Assembly: GCA_964016885.1 (NCBI GenBank)
Contig: OZ024745.1
Coordinates: forward strand, 93,000,001 to 93,064,000
DNA from: Eledone cirrhosa
Taxonomy: Eukaryota
Direction: 5' to 3'
DNA length: 64,000 bases
Position numbers and translations under genes: made by a program. This document shows, piece after piece, positions 30,501 to 49,766 of the stretch (position 1 is its first letter; each line of letters begins with the position of its first letter). Below the pieces are notes generated by a model. The model saw only the letters and a list, made by a program, of their open reading frames with translations. It was not told the DNA's origin and did no database searches.

Positions 30501-33500
30501 TACTACCACACTTACTACATGAAGTACTACCACATTTAGAACACTAACTACTACCAGACATACTACACTAACTACTACCACACATACTTTACTAAGTACT
30601 ACAACACATATTACACTAACTACTACCACACATACCATACTAAGTACTACAACACATACTACACTAAGTACTACCAAAAATACTACACTAACTACTACCA
30701 CACATCCTACAATGTCTACTACCACACATACTACACTGTCTACTTCCACATATACTAAACTAAGTACCTCCACACATACTACATTAACTACTACCACACA
30801 TACTACAATATCTACTACCACACATACTACAATATCTACTACCACACATACTACAATGACTACTATCACACATACTACATGAAGTACTACCACATATAGT
30901 ACACTAACTACTACCACACATATTACACTACCTACTACCACACATATTACACTGTCTACTACCACACATACTACACTAACTACTATCACACATACTACAC
31001 TGACTACTACCACACATACTACACTGACTACTACCACACACATACTAAGTACTACCACACATACTACACTAACTACTACCACACATACTACCCTGAATAC
31101 TACCACACATATTATACTAAGTACTACCACACATTTACTAAGTACTAGCACATATACTACACTGACTACTACCACACATAGTATACTAAGTACGACCACA
31201 CATATTACTCTAACTACTACCCCACATACTACACTAACTACAACACATACTACACTGACTACTACCACATATACTACACTAACTACTACCACATATACTA
31301 CACTAACTACTACTACATATACTACACTAACTACTACCACACATACTACACTGACTACTACCACACATTATACTAAGTACTACCGCACATACTACACTGA
31401 CTACTACCACACATACTACACTACTATCACACATACTACACAAACTACTACCACATGTACTACACTAAGTACTACCACACACACTACACTAACTACTACC
31501 ACAGATACTACACTAACTACTACCACACTTACTACATGAAGTACTACCACATTTAGAACACTAACTACTACCAGACATACTACACTAACTACTACCACAC
31601 ATACTTTACTAAGTACTACAACACATATTACACTAACTACTACCACACATACCATACTAAGTACTACAACACATACTACACTAAGTACTACCAAAAATAC
31701 TACACTAACTACTACCACACATCCTACAATGTCTACTACCACACATACTACACTGTCTACTACCACATATACTAAACTAAGTACCTCCACACATACTACA
31801 TTAACTACTACCACACATACTACAATATCTACTACCACACATACTACAATATCTACTACCACACATACTACAATGACTACTATCACACATACTACATGAA
31901 GTACTACCACATATAGTACACTAACTACTACCACACATATTACACTACCTACTACCACACATATTACACTGTCTACTACCACACATACTACACTAACTAC
32001 TATCACACATACTACACTGACTACTACCACACACATACTAAGTACTTCCACACATACTACACTAACGACTACCACACGTACTACACGAACTTCTACCACA
32101 CATACTACGGTAAGTTCCACCACACATACTACACTAACTACTACAACACATACTACACTAACTACTACAAAACATACTACACTAACTACTACCACACATA
32201 CTACACTAACTACTACCACACATACTACACTGACTACTACCACACATACTACACTGACTACTACCACACATACTACACTAACTACTACCACACATACTAC
32301 ACTAACTACTACAACACATACTACACTAACTACTTCTACACATACTAAACTGTCTACTACCGCACATACTAAACTAACTACTACCACACATACTACACTA
32401 AGTACTACCACACATACTACACTACTACCACACATACTACACTGACTACTACCACACGTACTACACTCACTACTACCACACGTACTACACTCACTACTAC
32501 CACATGTACTACACTAACTACTACCACACATACTACACAGACTACTACCACATAGTGTAGTATGTGTGGTAGTACTTAGTATACTAACTACTACTCCACA
32601 TATGACACTAACTACTACCACACATACTACACTGACTACTACCACACATATTATACTAAGTACTACCGCACATACTACACTGACTACTACCACATAGTGT
32701 AGTATGTGTGGTAGTACTTAGTATACTAACTACTACTCCACATATGACACTAACTACTACCACACATACTACACTGACTACTACCACACATATTATACTA
32801 AGTACTACCGCACATACTACACTGACTACTACCACACATACTACACTAACTACTTCCACACATACTACACTAACTACTACTACACTAAGTACTACCACAT
32901 ATACTACACTAACTACTACCACACATACTATGCTAACTACTACCACATGTACTACACTAACTACTACCACATATACTAAACTAAGTACCTCCACACATAC
33001 GTTAACTACTACCACATATACTACACTAACTACTACCACACATACTACACTGACTAAAACCACACATACTACACTAACTACTACCACACATATTATACTA
33101 AGTACTACCACAAATACTACACTAACTACTACCGCACATATACTATGTACTAGCACATATACTACACTAACTACTACCACACATACTACACTAACTAGTA
33201 CCCCACATACTACACTAACTAGTACTCCACATACTACACTAACTACTACCACACATACTACACTAATTACTACCACACATACTACACTAACTACTACCAC
33301 ACATACTACACTAACTACTACCACACATACTACATTAACTACTAGCGCACATACTACACTGACTACTACCACACATACTACACTAACTTATACCACATAC
33401 TACCCTGACTACTACCACATATTATACTAAGTACAAGCACATATACTACACTGACTACTACCACATATACTACACTAAATACTACCACATATATTACACT

Positions 33501-36500
33501 AACTACTACCACACATACTACACTAAGTACTACCACACATATTACACTAATTACTACCACACATACTACACTATCTACTATCACACATACTACACTGTCT
33601 ACTACCACATATACTAAACTAAGTACCTCCACACATACTACATTAACTACTACCACAGTTACTACTATAACTACTACCACACATACTACACTGACTTCTA
33701 CCACACATACTACATGAAGTACTACCACATTTAGTACACTAACTATATACCACACATATTACAGCAACTACTACCACACATACTGCACTACGCACTACAA
33801 CACATACTGCACTAAGTACTACCACACATACTACACTAACTACTACCACACATACTACACTGTCTACTACCACATATACTAAACTAAGTACCTCCACACA
33901 TACTACATGAAGTACTACCACATATAGTACACTAACTACTACCACACATATTACACTAACTACTACCACACATACTATACTAAGTACTACAACACATACT
34001 ACACTATGTACTACCACACATACTACACTAACTACTACCACATATACTACACTAACTACTACCACACATACTACACTGTCTACTACCACACATACTACAC
34101 TAACTACTACCACACATACTACACTGACTACTACCACACATACTACACTGACTACTACCACACATACTACACTTACTACTACCAGACATACTACACTGAC
34201 TACTACCACACATACTACATTAACTACTACAATGCATACTACACTAACTACTACCTCACCTACTACACTAACTACTACCACACATACTACACTGACTACT
34301 ACCACACATACTACACTAAGTACTACCACACATACTACACTAACTACTACCACACATACTACACTAACTACAACCACACATACTACCCTGACTACTACCA
34401 CACATATTATACTAAGTACTACAACACATATACTAAGTACTAGCACATATACTACACTGACTACTACCACACATAGTATACTAAGTACTACCACACATAC
34501 TACACTAACTGCTACCCACATACTACACTAGCTACTACAACACATACTACACTGACTACTACCACACATACTACTCTAACTACTACCACACATACTACAC
34601 TGTCTACTACCACACATACTACACTAACTACTATCACACCTACTACACTGACTACTACCACCCACATACTATGTACTACCACATATACTACACTAACTAC
34701 TACCACACCTACTACACTAAGTATTACCACACATACGACACTAACTACTACCACACATATTACCCTGACTACTACCACACATATTATACTAAGTACTACC
34801 GCACATACTACACTGACTACTACCACACATACAACACTAAATACTACCACACATACTACACTAACTACTACCACGCATACTACACTAACTACTACCACAT
34901 ATACTAAACTAAGTACTACTGCGCATACTACAGTCTACTACCACACATACTACACTAACTACTACCACACATACTACACTGACTACTACCACACACATAC
35001 TAAGTACTACCACACATACTACACTAACTTCTACCACACATACTATACTAAGTACTACAACACATACTACACTATGTACTACCAAACATACTACACTAAC
35101 TACTACCACATATACTACACTAACTAACTACCACACATACTACACTTTCTACTACCAGTCATACTACACTGACTACTACCACACATATACTAAGTACTAT
35201 CACACATACTACACTAACTACTACCTCATACTACTACACTAAGTACTACCACACATACTACACGAACTACTACCACACATACTACAGTAAGTTCCACCAC
35301 ACATATTACACTGAGTACTACCACACATACTACACTTACTACTACCAGACATACTGCACTGACTATTACCACACATACTACACTAACTACTACAACACAT
35401 ACTACACTAACTACTACCATACATACTACACTAACTTCTACCACACATACTACACTAACTACTACCACACATACTACCACACATATACTAAGTACTAGCA
35501 CATATACTACACTGACTACTACCACACATAGTATACTAAGTACTACCACACATATTACACTAAGTACTACCCCACATACTACACTAACTACTACTACACT
35601 GACTACTACCACATATACTACACTAACTACTACCACATATACTACACTAACTACTACCACACATACTACACTAACTACTTCCACACATACTACACTAAGT
35701 ACTACCACACATACTACACTAACTACTACCACACATACTACACTAACTACTACCACACATACTACATGAAGTACTACCACATTTAGTACACTAACTACTA
35801 CCAGACATATTACACTAACTACTACCACACATACTATACTAAGTACTACCAAAAATACTATACTAAGTACTACAACACATATTACACTAACTACTACCAC
35901 ACATACTACACTAACTACTACCACACATACTACAATGTCTACTACCACACATACTACAATGTCTACTACCACACATACTACAATGTCTACTACCACACAT
36001 AATACACTGTCGACTACCACATATACTAAACTAAGTACCTCCACACATACTACATTAACTACTACCACACATACTACAATATCTACTACCACACATACTA
36101 CAATGACTACTACCACACATACTACACTGTCTACTACCACACATACTACACTAACTACTATCACACATACTACACTGACTACTACCACACACATACTACA
36201 CTAACTACTACCACACGTACTACACTAAGTACTACCACACATACTACATGAACTACTACCACACATACTACGGTAAGTTCCACCACGCATACTACACTAA
36301 CTACTACCACACATACTACACTAACTACTACCACACATACTACACTAACTACTTCTACACATACTAAACTGTCTACTACCGCACATACTGCACTAACTAC
36401 TACCACACATACTACACTAAGTACTTCCACACATACTACACTACTACCACACATACTACACTGACTACTACCACTCGTACTACACTCACTACTACCACAC

Positions 36501-39500
36501 GTACTACACTAACTACTACCAGACATACTACACTGACTACTACCACACATATTATACTAAGTACTAGCACATATACTACACTGATTACTACCACACATAC
36601 TACACAGACTACTACCACACATAGTATACTAAGTACTACCACACATACTATACTGACTACTACCTCATAGTGTAGTATGTATGGTAGTACTTAGTATAAT
36701 AACTACTACTCCACATACGACACTAACTACTACCACGCATACTACACTAACTACTACCACATATACTACACTAACTGCTACCACACATACTACACTGACT
36801 ACTACCACACATATACTAAGTACTACTGCACATACTACACTGACTACTACCACACATACTACACAAACTACTTCCACACATACTACACTAACTACTTCCA
36901 CACATACTACACTAACTACTACCACATATACTACACTAACTGCTACCACACATACTATGCTAACTACTACCACACATACTACACTAACTACTACCACATA
37001 TACTAAACTAAGTACCTTCACACATACGTTAACTACTACCACATATACTACACTAACTACTACCACACATACAACACTGACTACTACCACACATACTACA
37101 CTAACTACTACCACGCATAATACACTGACTACTAACAGACACTACACTAAGTAGTACCACACGTACTACACTAACTACTACTACACATACTACACTAAGT
37201 ACGACCACATATACTACACTAACTACTACCGCACATACTACACTGACTACTACCACACATACTATACTGACTACTACCACATATACTACACTAACTAATA
37301 CCACACATACTACACTAACCTTTACCACACATACTACACTAAGTACTACCACATATACTACACTATCTACTACCACACATACTAACTACTACCATACATA
37401 CCAGACATACTACACTGACTACTAGCACACATACTACACTAACTACTACCACACATACCACATTAACTACTACCACACCTACTACACTAAGTACTACCAC
37501 ACATACTACACGAACTACTACCATACATTCTACAGTAAGTTTTACCACACATACTACACTAACTACTACCAAACATACTGCACTGACTACTACCACACCT
37601 AATACACTTAGTACTACCACACATACTACACTAACTACTACAACACATACTACACTAAGTACTACCACATATACTACACTAACTACTACCACACATACTA
37701 CACTGACTAGTACCACACATACTACACCGACTACTACCAGACGTACTACACTGACTACGACCACATATATACTAAGTACTACCACACATACTACACTAAC
37801 CACTATCACACATATACTAGGTACTAGCACATGTACTACACTGACTACTACCACATAGTATAATAAGTACTACCACACTTACTACACTAACTACTACCCC
37901 ACATACTACACTAACTACTACCCCACATACTACACTAACTACTACCCCACATACTACACTAACTACTACCACACATACTATACTAACTACTACCACACAT
38001 ACTACACTGACTACTACCACATATACTACACTAACTACTACCACATATACTAAACTAAGTACCTCCACACATACTACATTAACTACTACCACACATACTA
38101 CTCTAACTACTACCACACATACTACACTGACTACTACCACACATACTACACTAAGTACTACCACATATACTACACTAACTACTACCACACATACTACACT
38201 AACTACAACCACACATACTACCCTGACTACTACCACACATACTACACTGACTACTACCACACATACTACACTAAGTACTACCACACATACTACACTAAGT
38301 ACTACCACATATACTACACTAACTACTACCCCACATACTACACTAACTACTACAATGCATACTACACTAACTACTACCTCACCTACTACACTAACTACTA
38401 CCACACATACTACACTGACTACTACCACACATACTACACTAAGTACTACCACACATACTACACTAACTACTACCACACATACTACACTAACTACAACCAC
38501 ACATACTACCCTGACTACTACCACACATATTATACTAAGTACTACAACACATATACTAAGTACTAGCACATATACTACACTGACTACTACCACACATAGT
38601 ATACTAAGTACTACCACACATACTACACTAACTGCTACCCACATACTACACTAGCTACTACAACACATACTACACTGACTACTACCACACATACTACTCT
38701 AACTACTACCACACATACTACACTGTCTACTACCACACATACTACACTAACTACTATCACACCTACTACACTGACTACTACCACCCACATACTATGTACT
38801 ACCACATATACTACACTAACTACTACCACACCTACTACACTAAGTATTACCACACATACGACACTAACTACTACCACACATATTACCCTGACTACTACCA
38901 CACATATTATACTAAGTACTACCGCACATACTACACTAACTACTACCACACATACTACACTAACTACTACCACACATACTACATGAAGTACTACCACATT
39001 TAGTACACTAACTACTACCAGACATATTACACTAACTACTACCACACATACTATACTAAGTACTACCAAAAATACTATACTAAGTACTACAACACATATT
39101 ACACTAACTACTACCACACATACTACACTAACTACTACCACACATACTACAATGTCTACTACCACACATACTACAATGTCTACTACCACACATACTACAA
39201 TGTCTACTACCACACATAATACACTGTCGACTACCACATATACTAAACTAAGTACCTCCACACATACTACATTAACTACTACCACACATACTACAATATC
39301 TACTACCACACATACTACAATGACTACTACCACACATACTACACTGTCTACTACCACACATACTACACTAACTACTATCACACATACTACACTGACTACT
39401 ACCACACACATACTACACTAACTACTACCACACGTACTACACTAAGTACTACCACACATACTACATGAACTACTACCACACATACTACGGTAAGTTCCAC

Positions 39501-42500
39501 CACGCATACTACACTAAGTACTACCACATATACTACACTAACTACTACCACACATACTACACTAAGTACTACCACACATTCTACACTGACTACTACCACA
39601 CATATTATACTAAGTACTACCACATATACTACACTAACTACTACCACACATATACTAAGTTCTACCACACATATTACACTAACTACTACTACACTGACTG
39701 CTACCACACATATTATACTAAGTACTACCACACATACTTTTCTAACTACTACCACACATAATACACTGACTACTAACACACACTACACTAAGTACTACCA
39801 CACATACTACACTAAGTACGACCACATATACTACACTGACTACAACCACACATATTATACTAAGTACTACTGCCCATACTCTACTGACTACTACCACACA
39901 TACTATACTGACTACTACCACACATACTACACTAACTAATACCACACATACTACACTAATTTCTACCACACATACTACATTAAGTACTACCACATATACT
40001 ACACTAACTACTACCACACATACTACACTGACTACTACCACACATACTACACTAACTACTACCATATATACTAAACTAAGTACCTCCACACATACTACAC
40101 TAAGTAATACCACACATACTATACTAAGTACTACCACACATACTACACTGAGTACTACCACACATACTACACTAACTACTACCACACATATTACACTGAC
40201 TACTACCACACATCATACACTAAGTACTACCACACATACTACACTATCTACTACCACACATTATACTACCTACTACCATACATACCACACATACTACACT
40301 GACTACTAGCACACATACTACACTAACTACTACCACACATACCACATTAACTGCTACCACACATACTACACTAAGTACTACCACACATACTACACAAACT
40401 ACTACCACACATTCTACAGTAAATTTTACCACACATACTACACTAACTACTACCACACATACTACACTGACTACTACCACACCTAATACACTTAGTACTC
40501 CCACACATACTACACTAACTACTACAACACATACTACCCTAAGTACTACCACACATACTACACTAACTACTACCACACATACTACACTAACTACTACCAC
40601 ACATACTACACTAACTACTACCACATATACTACACTAACTACTACTACACATACTATACTAACTACTACCACACATACTACACTGACTACTACCACACAT
40701 ACTACACTAACTATTACCACACATACTACACTAACTACTACCACACATACTACACTGACTACTACCACACATATTATACTAAGTATTACCACACATAGTA
40801 CACTGACTACTACCACACATACTACACTAACTACTACCACATATACTGCACTAACTACTACCATGCATACTATACTAACTACTACCACACATTCTACACT
40901 GACTACTACCACATATACTAAACTAAGTACCTCCACACATTCTACATTAACTACTACCACACATACTACACTAACTACTACCACACATACTACACTGACT
41001 ACTACCACACATACTACACTAAGTACTACTACACACTACACTAAGTACTACCACACATACTATACTAAGTACTACCACTCATACACTAAGTACTACCACA
41101 ATACAACACTAACTATTACCACACATACTACACTAACTACTACCACACATACTACACTAACTACTACCACACATACTACGGCAAGTACTACCACACATTC
41201 TACACTAACTACTACCACACATATTATACTAAGTACTACCACACATACTACACTAACTACTACCACACATACTACACTGACTACTACCATACATACTATA
41301 ATACTATCACACATACTACACTAAGTACTATCACACATACTACACTAACTACTACCACACATACTACACTAACTACTACCACACATACTACACTGACTAC
41401 TACCATAATACTATTATACTATCACACATACTACACTAAGTACTATCACACATACTACACTAACTACTACCACACATACTACACTGACTACTACCACACA
41501 TACTAAACTAACTACTACCATATATACTAAACTAAGTACCTCCACACATACTACACTAAGTAATACACATGTACTACACTGACTACTACCACATAGTATA
41601 ATGAGTACTACCGCACTTACTACACTAACTACTACCCCACATACTACACTAACTACTACCACACATACTACACTGACTACTACCACACATATTATACTAA
41701 GTACTACCACACATACTACACTAAGTACTACCACACATTCTACACTAAGTACTATCACACATACTACACTAACTACTACCACACATACTACACTGACTAC
41801 TACCACACATACTACACTGACTACTACCACACATACTACACTGACTACAACCACACATATACTAATTACTAGCACATATACTACACTGACTACTACCACA
41901 CATACTACACTGACTACTACCACACATACTACACTGACTACTACCACACATACTACACTGACTACTACCACACATATTATACTAAGTACTACCACACATA
42001 CTACACTGACTACTACCACACATATTATACTAAGTACTACCACACATACTACACTAACTACTACCACACATACTACACTAACTACTACCACACATACTAC
42101 ATTGACTACTACCACACACTACACTAAGTACTACCACACATACTACACGAACTACTACCACACATATTATACTAAGTATTACCACACATACTACACTAAC
42201 TACTACCACACATACTACACTAACTACTACCACACATACTACACTGGCGACTACCACACATACTACACTAAGTACTACCACATATACTTCACTAACTACT
42301 ACCATACATACTACACGAACTACTACCACACATACTACACTGACTACTTCCACACATACTACACTAACTACCACCACACATACTACACTAACTACTACTA
42401 CACATACTACACTGACTACTACCACACACTACACTAAATACTACCACACACTACACTAAATACTACCACACATACTACACTAAGTACTACCACACATACT

Positions 42501-45500
42501 ATACTAAGTACTACCACATATACTACACTAAATACTACCACATATTCTACATTAACTACTACCACATACTACACTGACTACTACCACACATACTACACAT
42601 ACTACACTAACTACTACCACACATACTACACTGACTACTACCACACATACTACACTAACTACTACCATATATACTAAACTAAGTACCTCCACACATACTA
42701 CACTAAGTAATACCACACATACTATACTAAGTACTACCACACATACTACACTGAGTACTACCACACATACTACACTAACTACTACCACACATACTACACT
42801 AACTACTACCACACATATTACACTGACTACTACCACACATCCTACACTAAGTACTACCACACATACTACACTATCTACTACCACACATTATACTACCTAC
42901 TACCATACATACCACACATACTACACTGACTACTAGCACACATACTACACTAACTACTACCACACATACCACATTAACTGCTACCACACATACTACACTA
43001 AGTACTACCACACATACTACACGAACTACTACCACACATTCTACAGTAAGTTTTACCACACATACTACACTAACTACTACCACACATACTACACTGACTA
43101 CTACCACACCTAATACACTTAGTACTCCCAACAATACTACACTAACTACTACAACACATACTACCCTAAGTACTACCACACATACTACACTAACTACTAC
43201 CACACATACTACACTAACTACTACCACACATACTACACTAACTACTACCACATATACTACACTAACTACTACTACACATACTATACTAACTACTACTACA
43301 CATACTATACTACCTACTACCACACATACTACACTGACTACTACCACACATACTACACTAACTATTACCACACATACTACACTAACTACTACCACACATA
43401 CTACGGCAAGTACTACCACACATTCTACACTAACTACTACCACACATATTATACTAAGTACTACCACACATACTACACTAACTACTACCACACATACTAC
43501 ACTGACTACTACCATACATACTATAATACTATCACACATACTACACTAAGTACTATCACACATACACTAACTACTACCACACATACTACACTAACTACTA
43601 CCACACATACTACACTGACTACTACCATAATACTATTATACTATCACACATACTACACTAAGTACTATCACACATACTACACTAACTACTACCACACATA
43701 CTACACTGACTACTACCACACATACTAAACTAACTACTACCATATATACTAAACTAAGTACCTCCACACATACTACACTAAGTAATACACATGTACTACA
43801 CTGACTACTACCACATAGTATAATGAGTACTACCGCACTTACTACACTAACTACTACCCCACATACTACACTAACTACTACCACACATACTACACTGACT
43901 ACTACCACACATATTATACTAAGTACTACCACACATACTACACTAAGTACGACCACATATACTACACTAACTACTACCGCACATACTACACTGACTACTA
44001 CCACACATACTATACTGACTACTACCACACATACTACACTAACTACTACCATGCATAATACACTGACTACAAACAGACACTACACTAAGTAGTACCACAC
44101 GTACTACACTAACTACTACTACACATACTACACTAAGTACTACCACATATACTACACTAACTACTACCGCACATACTACACTAACTACTACCACACATAC
44201 TATACTGACTACTACCACATATACTACACTAACTAATACCACACATACTACACTAACTTTTACCACACATACTACACTAAGTACTACCACATATACTACA
44301 CTATCTACTACCACACATACTAACTACTACCATACATACCAGACATACTACACTGACTACTAGCACACATACTACACTAACTACTACCACACATACCACA
44401 TTAACTACTACCACACCTACTACACTAAGTACTACCACACATACTACACAAACTACTACCATACATTCTACAGTAAGTTTTACCACACATACTACACTAA
44501 CTACTACCAAACATACTGCACTGACTACTACCACACCTAATACACTTAGTACTACCACACATACTACACTAACTACTACAACACATACTACACTAAGTAC
44601 TACCACATATACTACACTAACTACTACCACACATACTACACTGACTAGTACCACACATACTACACTGACTACTACCAGACGTTCTACACTGACTACGACC
44701 ACATATATACTAAGTACTACCACACATACTACACTAACCACTATCACACATATACTAGGTACTAGCACATGTACTACATTGACTACTACCACATAGTATA
44801 ATAAGTACTACCACACTTACTACACTAACTACTACCCCACATACTACACTAACTACTACCCCACATACTACACTAACTACTACCACACATACTACACTAA
44901 CTACTACCACATATACTACACTAACTACTACCACACATACTATACTAACTACTACCACACATACTACACTGACTACTACCACACATACTACACTAACTAC
45001 TACCACATATACTAAACTAAGTACCTCCACACATACTACATTAACTACTACCACACATACTACTCTAACTACTACCACACATACTACACTGACTACTACC
45101 ACACATACTACACTAAGTACTACCACATATACTACACTAACTACTACCACACATACTACACTAAGTACTACCACACATTCTACACTGACTACTACCACAC
45201 ATATTATACTAAGTACTACCACATATACTACACTAACTACTACCACACTTATACTAAGTTCTACCACACATATTACACTAACTACTACTACACTGACTGC
45301 TACCACACATATTATACTAAGTACTACCACACATACTTTTCTAACTACTACCACACATAATACACTGACTACTAACACACACTACACTAAGTACTACCAC
45401 ACATACTACACTAAGTACGACCACATATACTACACTGACTACAACCACACATATTATACTAAGTACTACTGCCCATACTCTACTGACTACTACCACACAT

Positions 45501-48500
45501 ACTATACTGACTACTACCACACATACTACACTAACTAATACCACACATACTACACTAACTTCTACCACACATACTACATTAAGTACTACCACATATACTA
45601 CCCTAACTACTACCACACATACTACACTGACTACTACCACACATACTACACTAACTACTACCATATATACTAAACTAAGTACCTCCACACATACTACACT
45701 AAGTAATACCACACATACTATACTAAGTACTACCACACATACTACACTGAGTACTACCACACATACTACACTAACTACTACCACACATATTACACTGACT
45801 ACTACCACACATCCTACACTAAGTACTACCACACATACTACACTATCTACTACCACACATTATACTACCTACTACCATACATACCACACATACTACACTA
45901 ACTACTACCACACATACCACATTAACTGCTACCACACATACTACACTAAGTACTACCACACATACTACACAAACTACTACCACACATTCTACAGTAAGTT
46001 TTACCACACATACTACACTAACTACTACCACACATACTACACTGACTACTACCACACCTAATACACTTAGTACTCCCACACATACTACACTAACTACTAC
46101 AACACATACTACCCTAAGTACTACCACACATACTACACTAACTACTACCACACATACTACACTAACTACTACCACACATACTACACTAACTACTACCACA
46201 TATACTACACTAACTACTACTACACATACTATACTAACTACTACCACACATACTACACTGACTACTACCACACATACTACACTAACTATTACCACACATA
46301 CTACACTAACTACTACCACACATACTACACTGACTACTACCACACATATTATACTAAGTATTACCACACATAGTACACTGACTACTACCACACATACTAC
46401 ACTAACTACTACCACATATACTGCACTAACTACTACCACACATACTATACTAACTACTACCACACATTCTACACTGACTACTACCACATATACTAAACTA
46501 AGTACCTCCACACATTCTACATTAACTACTACCACACATACTACACTAACTACTACCACACATACTACACTGACTACTACCACACATACTACACTAAGTA
46601 CTACTACACACTACACTAAGTACTACCACACATACTATACTAAGTACTACCACTCATACACTAAGTACTACCACAATACAACACTAACTATTACCACACA
46701 TACTACACTAACTACTACCACACATACTACACTAACTACTACCACACATACTACGGCAAGTACTACCACACATTCTACACTAACTACTACCACACATATT
46801 ATACTAAGTACTACCACACATACTACACTAACTACTACCACACATACTACACTGACTACTACCATACATACTATAATACTATAACACATACTACACTAAG
46901 TACTATCACACATACTACACTAACTACTACCACACATACTACACTGACTACTACCACACATACTAAACTAACTACTACCATATATACTAAACTAAGTACC
47001 TCCACACATACTACACTAAGTAATACACATGTACTACACTGACTACTACCACATAGTATAATGAGTACTACCGCACTTACTACACTAACTACTACCCCAC
47101 ATACTACACTAACTACTACCACACATTCTACACTGACTACTACCACACATATTATACTAAGTACTACCACACATACTACACTAAGTACTACCACACATTC
47201 TACACTAAGTACTATCACACATACTACACTAACTACTACCACACATACTACACTGACTACTACCACACATACTACCCTGACTACTACCACACATACTACA
47301 CTGACTACAACCACACATATACTAATTACTAGCACATATACTACACTGACTACTACCACACATACTACACTGACTACTACCACACATACTACACTGACTA
47401 CTACCACACATACTACACTGACTACTACCACACATATTATACTAAGTACTACCACACATACTACACTGACTACTACCACACATATTATACTAAGTACTAC
47501 CACACATACTACACTAACTACTACCACACATACTACACTAACTACTACCACACATACTACATTGACTACTACCACACACTACACTAAGTACTACCACACA
47601 TACTACACGAACTACTACCACACATATTATACTAAGTATTACCACACATACTACACTAACTACTACCACATATACTACACTAACTACTACCACACATACT
47701 ACACTGGCGACTACCACACATACTACACTAAGTACTACCACACATACTTCACTAACTACTACCATACATACTACACGAACTACTACCACACATACTACAC
47801 TGACTACTTCCACACATACTACACTAACTACCACCACACATACTACACTAACTACTACTACACATACTACACTGACTACTACCACACACTACACTAAATA
47901 CTACCACACACTACACTAAATACTACCACACATACTATACTAAGTACTACCACACATACTATACTAAGTACTACCACATATACTACACTAAATACTACCA
48001 CACATTCTACATTAACTACTACCACATACTACACTGACTACTACCACACATACTACACATACTACACTAACTACTACCACACATACTACACTGACTACTG
48101 CCACACATACTACACTAACTACCACCACACATACTACACTAACTACTACCACACATACTACACTGATTACTACCACACATACTATACTGACTACTACCAC
48201 ACATACTATACTGACTACTACCACACATACTACACTGACTACTACCACACATACTACACTAACTACTACCACACATACTACACTGACTACTACCACACAT
48301 ACTACACTGACTACTACCACACATACTACACTAACTACTACCACACATACTACACTGACTACTACCACGCATACTACACTAAGTACTACCACCACATATA
48401 CTACACTAACTACTACCACACATATTACACTGACTACTACCACACATACTACACTGACTACTACCACACATACTACACTAACTACTACCACACATACTAC

Positions 48501-49766
48501 ACTGACTACTACCCCACATACTACACTGACTACTACCACACATACTACACTAACTACTACCACACATACTACACTGACTACTACCACGCATACTACACTA
48601 AGTACTACCACCACATATACTACACTAACTACTACCACACATACTACACTGACTACTACCACACATACTACACTGACTACTACCACACATACTACACTAA
48701 CTACTACCACACATACTACACTGACTACTACCCCACATACTACACTGACTACTACCACACATACTACACTAACTACTACCACACATACTACACTAACTAC
48801 TACCACACATACTACACTGACTACTACCACGCATACTACACTAAGTACTACCACCACATATACTACACTAACTACTACCACACATACTACACTAACTACC
48901 ACCACACATACTACACTAACTACCACCACACATACTACACTAACTACTACTACACTGACTACTACCGCACATACTACACTGACTACTACCGCACATACTA
49001 CACTGACTACTACCACACATACTACACTAACTACTACTACACTAACTACTACTACACTGACTACTACCGCACATACTACACTGACTACTACCGCACATAC
49101 TACACTGACTACTACCGCACATACTACACTGACTACTACCGCACATACTACACTGACTACTACCACACATACTACACTAACTACCACCACACATACTACA
49201 CTAACTACCACCACACATACTACACTAACTACTACTACACTGACTACTACCGCACATACTACACTGACTACTACCTCACATACTACACTAACTACCACCA
49301 CACATACTACACTAACTACCACCACACATACTACACTAACTACTACTACACTGACTACTACCGCACATACTACACTGACTACTACCGCACATACTACACT
49401 GACTACTACCACACATACTACACTAACTACTACTACACTGACTACTACCGCACATACTACACTGACTACTACTGCACATACTACACTGACAACTACCACA
49501 CATACTACACTAACTACCACCACACATACTACACTAACTACTACTACACTGACTACTACCGCACATACTACACTGACTACTACCGCACATACTACACTGA
49601 CTACTACCACACATACTACACTAACTACTACCGCACATACTACACTGACTACCACCACATATACTACACTGACTACTACCGCACATACTACACTGACTAC
49701 TACCGCACATACTACACTGACTACTACCGCATATACTACACTGACTACTACCACACATACTACACT
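12597..49766. repeat. 37.2-kb 24-bp satellite array with higher-order duplications
   Basis: Unit ACTACTACCACACATACTACACT[A/G]; about 1,550 units by length; nearly G-free on the + strand. Confidence 0.99.

Noticed and set aside
12628-49754. Val-rich membrane-like and Thr-rich mucin-like ORFs
   Set aside because: Reading frames of the 24-bp satellite; frequent duplicated frameshifts; no unique domains or supported splice context.
12597-49766. CRISPR array or telomeric repeat
   Set aside because: No unique spacers or cas genes; eukaryotic context; the unit is not TTAGGG-like and the array is internal.
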